Assembly: GCF_009914755.1 (NCBI RefSeq) | Contig: NC_060936.1 | Length of the DNA: 64,000 bases | From: the human T2T-CHM13v2.0 reference genome, Homo sapiens | Strand: one strand, 5' to 3' | Part shown: positions 56,116 through 64,000 of the stretch, in pieces | Layout: the number at the start of each line of letters is the position of its first letter | Position numbering within the stretch: the first letter of the stretch is position 1 | Program-made: the position numbers and the translations under genes | Notes under the pieces: generated by a model | Databases searched by the model: none | What the model saw: the letters and a program-made list of their open reading frames with translations, nothing else | What the model was told of the DNA's origin: nothing

Positions 56116-57929
56116 CTAATACTAACTGTGAAGAGAGTAATATGTAAGAATAGTATAAAGAGAAATAAGTTTGCCACTGGGGTAACAAAGCTTAATAAGC
56201 TTCTTTATCATACCAAAAGATTTCTAGGCATTTTCAGTGAGGTAATTAACTGTGGCTACTCAAGAAAAGAATATCATTCAACTATGGAAGCATTTCCTTG
56301 TGGAACTTATGATCGTGAGGCACATCCTGGAACACATGTTGAATAAAATATATACTGTAAGAACAATGTCATGCCACTCTTACAAATCTGGGGGGTGAAT
56401 AAAACATTTCTCTGAACTAAACTCTACTCTTTGTCAATAAAATGCTTAGTTTTTTATATTCGTTTGTTTGTTTTGGCCATTTTAAACAGAGGATGAAGAC
56501 ACACTAAGACTATTTTGTTTATTTCATCAGTATCCATTTTAAAAGAATACTAAGGAAAGGAAAAACACAAAATGAAAAAGTATCCATTTCCATAGTTGGC
56601 ATATTTCTCTGTCTATTAAGTGAACCAATTTTAGAATAATTTGTGTTTTTCTGTAATTCATCTTGGCGTGTCATTCTATTTTCCTTGGTACCACTTTGTT
56701 CTTTTTCTTCTGATTGCTGTTGCAATGACACTTGTAAATTAAGGAAGAGGAAAAACTACGTTTGTAATTAACATATATCTCTTGCATTTCCATATTTTAA
56801 AAGCAGAGTGATTAAGCCAGCTTATTAGCTTATGAAACATTTGATTGAGCATTCATTCTTACTACCTTCAGGATTTTTCTTCTTTTCTGCTTCCTACTGC
56901 TTCGTACTGGGCAAGATGGAAAACCATCCACCTTGATTTCTCCTCTTCTGAAAATTTGAGATGAAATGTCTTATAAAAATGTAAAAATCCTATGAACAAA
57001 TGCCAGGGTACAAGATTAACACGGAAGATGGAGCTATGGTCTTCCTTGAATGAATACATATCTCAAGACCTAAAATGGCCTTAGTTCATGTAATTAAAAA
57101 TCTCTGTGCTTATTCCTATGAATGTTATATAGAACTTAATCAAATATGGACTTTTTGATATTCTAGCTCACAAAATACAAGAAATATGAACCTCATTCAG
57201 CATGCCATACTAAAGTGGAAAGCTGAAATAATTACTGCTGTCCTCTCTAAATCCAAAATGCGTGCAATTACAATTACTCAGGTTATTTTTTTCAATGTGA
57301 AAGTCAAAGAGAAATTGTATTACTAAATACTACAGATATATTTTTCAGACATTTTGTGTGATTCAACTATATTCTTATTTTTTATCTATTTATTCAACTA
57401 AACTAGTCATTGTAAGTTCCAAACATTTAAGGCTATATTACTTAGCTCAATTTGTTAAAGCATTAAAAATGATATTAAAGTGATTAATAGGTACCATATC
57501 AATTTAAAATGTTATGTAGTCTTACAACTAAATACAATATAATAAGACTCATTATGATATTTCATATACACAAAATGTGTTATTGGTCACCAGGTTAATT
57601 AGTACAGAAATCAACAGTTTACAAATAAAATGCATTGACCTTAAATAAAAACTCTATTCTTCAACTCTCAACAGACATGGGACTAATTCCACTATGCTTC
57701 ATATTTCATGTTACCCAAGTGTGTATTCCTTTTATTCATCCTTTATCTTATCAGCATCCCTATACTGTTTAGTAAATGCTCCTCTTCCTCACTCTGCATG
57801 CTATTTTCTAATATATGGAACTCTAAACTTCTGCTCTAAAACTTCTGCTGGGGTCAGTATATTTTGTCTTCCCCACTGCCACTTTTTCTACTCTATTGAC
57901 ATCATGAAATTTACCTTTAACTTGAAATA

Positions 57930-58185
57930 TAGGTTTTAAGAGTGCATGTGTTCTGAACTCAAAATACACAAGTTCAAATTCTGACTTTGGGCAAGTGACC
58001 TAATTACTCCACTTTATAGTTTGATTCCCCATCTATAAATCAAAAGTATCAAGTAATTACCTGATAGGGATAAAAGTGTTTATATATGGAAACAGATACA
58101 AATGGAAAATAGTTTAGAGACTATTATGACATAATTAAAATAATGTTTATAAATAAAATACATAGCATTTGCCTATTACTTCATT
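57930..58185 (+). mobile_element. MIR
   Basis: gttcaaattctgactttgggcaagtgacctaa...ccccatctataaatc...tacctgataggg. Confidence 0.7.
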
Positions 58186-58219
58186 TTTTTTAATAATAGG
58201 TAACTCTATTTTATTTGCC

Positions 58220-58570
58220 CCTTGCTATATGTCATATACAGACGTTGCTAATTTTCTGAAGACTTGACAATCAGTTTATTTCTTTCTGTGACACTCCAAT
58301 TTCTACTGTTACACTGGGTGATATGAATAACATTATAGGTTACTCATCTAACACTTCTGAGATCTGGACTTCATTATTTCCAAACAACTTCTAATCTATC
58401 TCATTAATTAATCTCAGTCACACTATGAACTCTTTCATTCCTACATACTTTCCTTATCTGGAATCACAATTTCATACCTTCCACTTTTAACAATATTTCT
58501 CCATTAGTACATCCCCTGTTCTCCAGCTTCACTGGGATCTCCTAGTCTTGATTCTTTCCCTTTGTGTGTA
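58220..58570 (+). mobile_element. L2 internal (ORF2) remnant
   Basis: actgggtgatatgaataac...gtcacactatgaactctttcatt...tctggaatcacaatttcataccttccac...cactgggatctcctagtc. Confidence 0.5.
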
Positions 58571-58937
58571 TCCACCAACAGCTTTTTGTCTTTTCTTACC
58601 TCTGTGTATAGCCTATTTGGCTTAGCAGGCTGATTTCTTCTTTGCATCTAACTTCCATCTCCTTTTTCCCACTACACCTCTGCTTCACTGGACTATTAAA
58701 TCCTTTAAAGTTGGTATTTATTTTTTCCTGGCACAGAGTTTTCCCCATACTTATTCGGGTCAGCCTCCAATCCACATAAACCCCTAAGCCCATTCACCTA
58801 AGTTGACTCCTCAAATCCTCTGATGGCAGTTTGAACACTCTGTATTTGGGTAAGTCTTCTGTGTGTTCTGTATAATTTAACTCTTTTAGAAGTCATCAAA
58901 TCTATGCTTAACTAAATTATCATTACATTTATTTATC

Positions 58938-58971
58938 CAATCACTTGTTTTTTGCAATCACTTGTTTTTTG
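58938..58971. repeat. Perfect 17-bp tandem duplication
   Basis: caatcacttgttttttg, two copies. Confidence 0.9.
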
Positions 58972-59249
58972 CTCTAATAAGACCCTTGAATTTCAAGACC
59001 TTATCTGATTTCTCATTTAAATAGTAATATGCTTTACAAATGTTATTGTTAATGTAGGTAACAATAACAATGTTAGCATAGATATGAATACTCTTTTTGA
59101 CTCCCTTTCTTCTCATATGCCCCCATCTCTAAACTATTTTCCATTTGTGTCTGTTTCCATATATAAAACACAACTTCTTTTCCTAGAAATTCTGAGTTTT
59201 AAAACTAGTAATATAAACTGGGGTGTGCTAGGTCACTACATCCAAGTCA

Positions 59250-59745
59250 TCTGTTTTGGATCGGCTAATATTATTTCTTGCAGATGACAGGAAATGCAAT
59301 TCAAACTGGATTAAACAACAGTACAAAAACATTTTTATTGCCTTATGTAACTGAAACATCCAGCTGTACGTTTTCAGGTGCAGCTTGATCTACAGCCTCC
59401 AATGCTGTCAACAGGAATTATTTTCCTCTACATGTTGTGCCTCTACATATACGATGTTGGCTTTGTTTTTAGTCTCTAGTTTTCCAGATTTAAGTTTAAC
59501 AAAGAAGAGTTTGTCCCTTTCTTACAGTTGCCAAAGAAAGCATCACAATGTATCTCAAAGTTTTATTTGGACACTCATCACTTAGTCATCATGGAGTGCA
59601 AGAGAATGTTCTATCTCATTCGGTCAGATTTGGGTCTCCTTCCTACTTGCTCTAATCCTGATATTACGAGCAGAATCCCACAAGAAGCATCTGGCTAAAG
59701 ATTTCCTCTAGATGAAGATTTATAGACCCATATTGGCTACCAGAT
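59250..59745 (-). mobile_element. Old MLT1J/K/L-type LTR
   Basis: cttgcagatgacaggaaatgcaattcaaactggattaaacaac...tttattgccttatgtaactgaaacatccag...ttcaggtgcagcttgatctacag. Confidence 0.65.
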
Positions 59746-60384
59746 GAAAATTATGTGGCACACACAAACACATTTGCATGTACATATGCTCACTGGAAAT
59801 TACAGAAGTAGAAGGGCATCAATGAATTATATATGATCATATCTATACCCCTGACTTTATGGTTTTGGTTATATAAACAAGAAAGAGTGTCATACAATGA
59901 AAACTAACAAGAGTTATTTCTCTAATTGAGGGGTATTTAATCAATCTTGTTATATATGTTATTTATTTCCAAAGATTTGAAGATTAAAACCAAGCCATGG
60001 AATTTTTGATATATGTGCTTATCTTGAAAATCCACAAAGGTATGTTCAAAGCTCACTGGATATGTTTTAGGCTATCTTTTGATCAAAATATATTTCATAT
60101 TAATACTCTTATAATTAGCAAATAATTAATATCATGTTTCATAAAATATCAAATATGATGAACCACGTGAGCTAAAAACTATATGAGAGAATGTGGTTAT
60201 CCAGTCTACAAGATAAAGATAAGGCATGAGAGAAAGTTGGGGAGAGAACACTGTAAGCATTGATGGTAATGGGATAAGAATTCAACCCCCCAAAGGTTAA
60301 ATTATTATACTAATTGAAATACTAAGGTAACTGGTAGAAAAAGAATTAGCCCATAGTTGGCAAAGAATTCCTAGGCATATGGAT

Positions 60385-60505
60385 AGAGAGAATTTGAGTT
60401 GCTCCTTGTTCTGCCACTTTCTATTTGACTTTGGTAAGTTATGTATTGTCTTCAGGAATCTGTTTTCTTTCCTATGAAACAGGCATAGTAAGAGCTACCT
60501 CTCAA
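60385..60505 (+). mobile_element. MIR fragment
   Basis: ttctgccactttctatttgactttggtaagttatg...ctgttttctttcctatgaaacagg...gctacctctc. Confidence 0.65.
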
Positions 60506-61182
60506 ATAGTGATAACAAATATATATATAACACAATAATATTAAATCAATTATTACTCTGCTTTGAAGATGCAGCACTAATTTATAAGAAAGTGGAGAAA
60601 AACTGATGACCACAAAAGGAAAAACAGCTAAAAGCCACCTAGGACTAAAAATAAGTGCACTATAAAGCTACAAAATTTAGGTTTTAAAATTCCATAAGTG
60701 AAATCTTGACTCATTTTCATGAATGACATTCTCTATATTTTACTTGATTCTGCCAAGACTTATTTTTTTAAGTAGAAGTTTCAAGTGTACCTGCCAATAG
60801 GGCCTATTCCTAGAGTCTAAGAACATCAATAACCTTCAAAACTGCAAGAAAGAATACCCAAATTACTCACTTAACTATTTACCTAATGACTTTCAGTGGT
60901 TCAGTTTTCAAATAACCTCTGAGCTGGCTATACTTGAAAAGTCAAAATGTTAAATGAAAGCATCAATAAACTGATCTGGTCACTCCTGGTATCATAGAAG
61001 AGAATATAAGACTTGATTTATCTATATTTACTAATTTATTTTATGAATTATTAATATTTTTACCTCACCTATCTTGAGACAATTTTGATTATGTTCACTT
61101 TATTAATTATAAATTAGTTTACATATCAACAGAGATTTATTGAGGGTACATTTTTCAAAGCTGTTTAAAAATCTGTTAGAAC

Positions 61183-64000
61183 GAAAATTGATAATATAAA
61201 ATGAAAGAGGGTACATTAACACTGATATGACAGAAATATAAAGACTATCAGAGATTATTATGAACAATTCTACATTAACAAACTGGAAAGCCTTAAAAAA
61301 TGGATACATTTCTGAATAAATATAACCTGCCAAGATTTCATTGGAAAGGCACAGAAAACCTGAATAGACCAATAATGAATAAAGAGATTGAAACAGTAAT
61401 GAAAAATCTTCCAACAAAGAAAATCCCAGGACCTGATAGCTTCACCACTAAATTCTACCAAACACTTAAAATATAACCAATATAATCCTTCTCGAACTCC
61501 TCCAAAAAAACTGAAGAGGACAGAATACCTCCAAACTTAGTTTATGCGGCCAGGAGTATCCTGATACAAAAACCAGACAAGGACCCTACAAGAAAAAAAA
61601 AATACATGCCAATAATATTGATAAACATAGATCCAAACATCCTCAACACAGTGCTAGCAAACCAATTAAACAGTATATTAAAAGGATCATTCATCATAAT
61701 CAAGTGAGATTTATCCCTGGGATGCAATGATGGTTCAACATATCACAAATCAACTAAAGTGATACAACACAGAATGAAGGACAAAAATGAAATGATCATC
61801 TCAATACACGCAGCAAAGGCATTTGACAACCTTCAACACTGTTTTATGATTAAAAAAGCAAAAACTTTCAACAAATTAAGTATAGAAGGAGTGTACCTCA
61901 ACGCAATAAAGGCTGTCTATGACAAACCTACAACTAACACTATACTTAACAGTGAAAAGTTGAAAGATTTTCCTCTAAGATCAAGATCAAGATAAGAATG
62001 CCCATTTTTACCACTTCTGCTCAACATAGTACCGGCAGTCCTTAGTCAGAGAAATTAGGCAAGACAAAGAAATAAAAGCCATCCAAAATGGGAAAAAAAA
62101 AAGAAGTTAAATTGTCTCTCTTTGCAGACATCATGATCTTATAGCTAGAATACCCTAAAGACTCTACAAAAACTCATAGAACCAACAAATAATTTCATTA
62201 GGTTTCAGGATACAAAATCAACATGCAAAATCAGTAGCATTTCTATACACTAACAACCATCTATCCAAAAAAGAAATTAAAAAAATACCATTTGAAATAT
62301 CTTAAAAAACTTTAGGAATAAATTTAATCAAGGAAGTGAAAAAAACTGTACACTAAAAATCAAAACACTGATGAAAGAAATTGGAAAAAAAGCACATATA
62401 AATGTAAAGATATCTCCTGTTTGTGGTTTGGAATATGTAACATTGTCAAAGTGTCCATACTACCCAAAGCTATCTAGAAATTCAATACAATTCGTATTTA
62501 AGTTTCAGTGACATTTTTTATAGAAATAGGAAAAAAAAACTAAAACTTTTATAAAACCACAAAAGCCATGAATAGACAAAGCAAGCCTGAGAAAACAAAA
62601 ACAAAAACAAAGCCATAGGCATCACAATACCTGATTCCAAAATCTGCCACAAGTCTATAGTAATCAAGACAGCATGGTACTGGCATAAAAATAGACACGT
62701 AGACAAATGCAACAGAACAGAGAGTCCAGAAATAAATTCACACTTTCACAGTCTATTGATTTTTGACAAAGATGCCAAGATTACACAATGGGGAAAGGAC
62801 AGTCTCTTCAACAAATTATGTTGGGAGAACTGGATATATACATGCAGAAGAATGAAATTAAACCCTCATGTCACACTATATTCAAAAATAAACTCAAAAT
62901 TGTTAAAGACTTACATGTAAGACCTGCAAATGTAAAAACTTTTCAAAGAAACATAGGAGGAGATCTCCATGGCATTGATGAGGGCAATGATTTTTGGATA
63001 TGACCCCAAAAGCACAGGAAACACAGGTAAAAATAGACAAATGGAATTACATCAAACTAAAAATCTTCTGCACAGCCAAGGATACCATCAACAGAGTGAA
63101 GAGACAACCTACGGAATGCAAGAAAGTTTTGCAAACCATACATTTGACAAGGAATTAATATCCAAAATATATAAGGAACTCCAACAACTCAATAGTAAGA
63201 AACACATAACCTGATTAAAAATGAGCAAAGGACCTGAATAAACATTTCTCAAAACAAGAAATACAAGTGGCCAACAGATATATGAAGAAGTGTTCAACAT
63301 CACTAATCATCAGGGAAATACAAATGAAATACAAATGAAAACCACAATAAGATATCACCTCGCATGTGATAGAATGGCTGTTATAAAAAGATGAAAGATA
63401 ACAAATGTTAGTGAGCATGTGGACTTAAAAGGAATTCATACACTGTTGGTGGGAATTAGCACAGCCATTATGTAAATCAGTATAGAGGTTCTTCAATAAA
63501 TTAGAAATAGAATTACCATATGATCCAGGAATCCTACTACTGGATATATATTCAAAAGAACTGAAATCAATATATTGAAGAGATATCTGAGTTCGTATGT
63601 TTATTGCAGCATTAAATACAATACCCAAACCTTTTTATCAACCTAAGTGTCTATCCATGAATGAATGGATAAAGAAAATGTGGTATATATACAAAATAGA
63701 ATACTGTTCCAGCCTTTTAGGAGAAGAAAATCTGGTTATTTTTACAACGTGAATAAACCTAAAGGACATTATGTTAATATGAAATAAATCAGGTATAGAA
63801 AGACAAATAACACATCCCTCACTTATATGAGGAATTTTTAAAAGTTGAACTCATAGAAGCAGAGAGTAGAATGGTGATTACAAGGCTTGAAAGTGGGAGG
63901 ATTGGGAAAACGTTGGTCAAAGTATACATGATTTCAGTTAAGAGGAATAAGTTAAAGAGATCTGTTGTAGAACATGGTGACTATATTTGAAAACATTATA
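61183..64000 (+). mobile_element. 5'-truncated L1MA (MA5-8-like), ORF2 RT region to 3' UTR, running off the window end
   Basis: ORF2 remnants (61759-61995 '[10 protein letters not shown]...[13 protein letters not shown]') and 3' UTR gttgaactcatagaagcagagagtagaatggtg...aggaataagttaaagagatctgttgtagaacatggtgactata. Confidence 0.88.

Noticed and set aside
56860-58620. Possible lncRNA exons suggested by isolated splice-like motifs (ccttcag near 56870; cttacct near 58596)
   Set aside because: Single splice-like words are expected by chance and cannot be supported without transcript data.

Overview
AT-rich, CpG-poor, gene-free mammalian genomic DNA. It is almost certainly human, because it carries an AluYb8 and an L1HS Ta-1 insertion. 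I find no supportable protein-coding gene, RNA gene or CRISPR array. Most ORFs in the track lie in decayed retroelements or simple repeats, and the rest are short and unsupported. Roughly half the window is interspersed repeats: a full-length MSTA MaLR provirus with TSD, a full-length L1MA3-like element nested in a 5'-inverted older L1MA that itself interrupts an LTR33-like LTR, old L1MC/MD/ME fragments, a fossil ERVL provirus, THE1D/MST/MLT1 solo LTRs, a deleted L1PA, eight Alu/FLAM copies plus a 13-nt Alu stub, MIR/L2 relics, MADE1 and MER5. I do not see a new multi-gene biological system. The best leads are: (1) a young L1 Ta-1 insertion with an apparent 25-nt 3' transduction that should identify its source element; (2) several DNA-repair or template-switch scars, including a palindromic insertion in an L1 ORF2 start, an ancient L1/HAL1-like fragment captured inside a younger L1, and an L1PA-like patch duplicating part of an L1MA ORF2; (3) a 13-nt Alu stub marking a probable deletion; (4) a tailless AluY; (5) a possible ancient amniote Harbinger-like palindromic relic. 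Subfamily names come from my recall of consensus sequences, not from an alignment.
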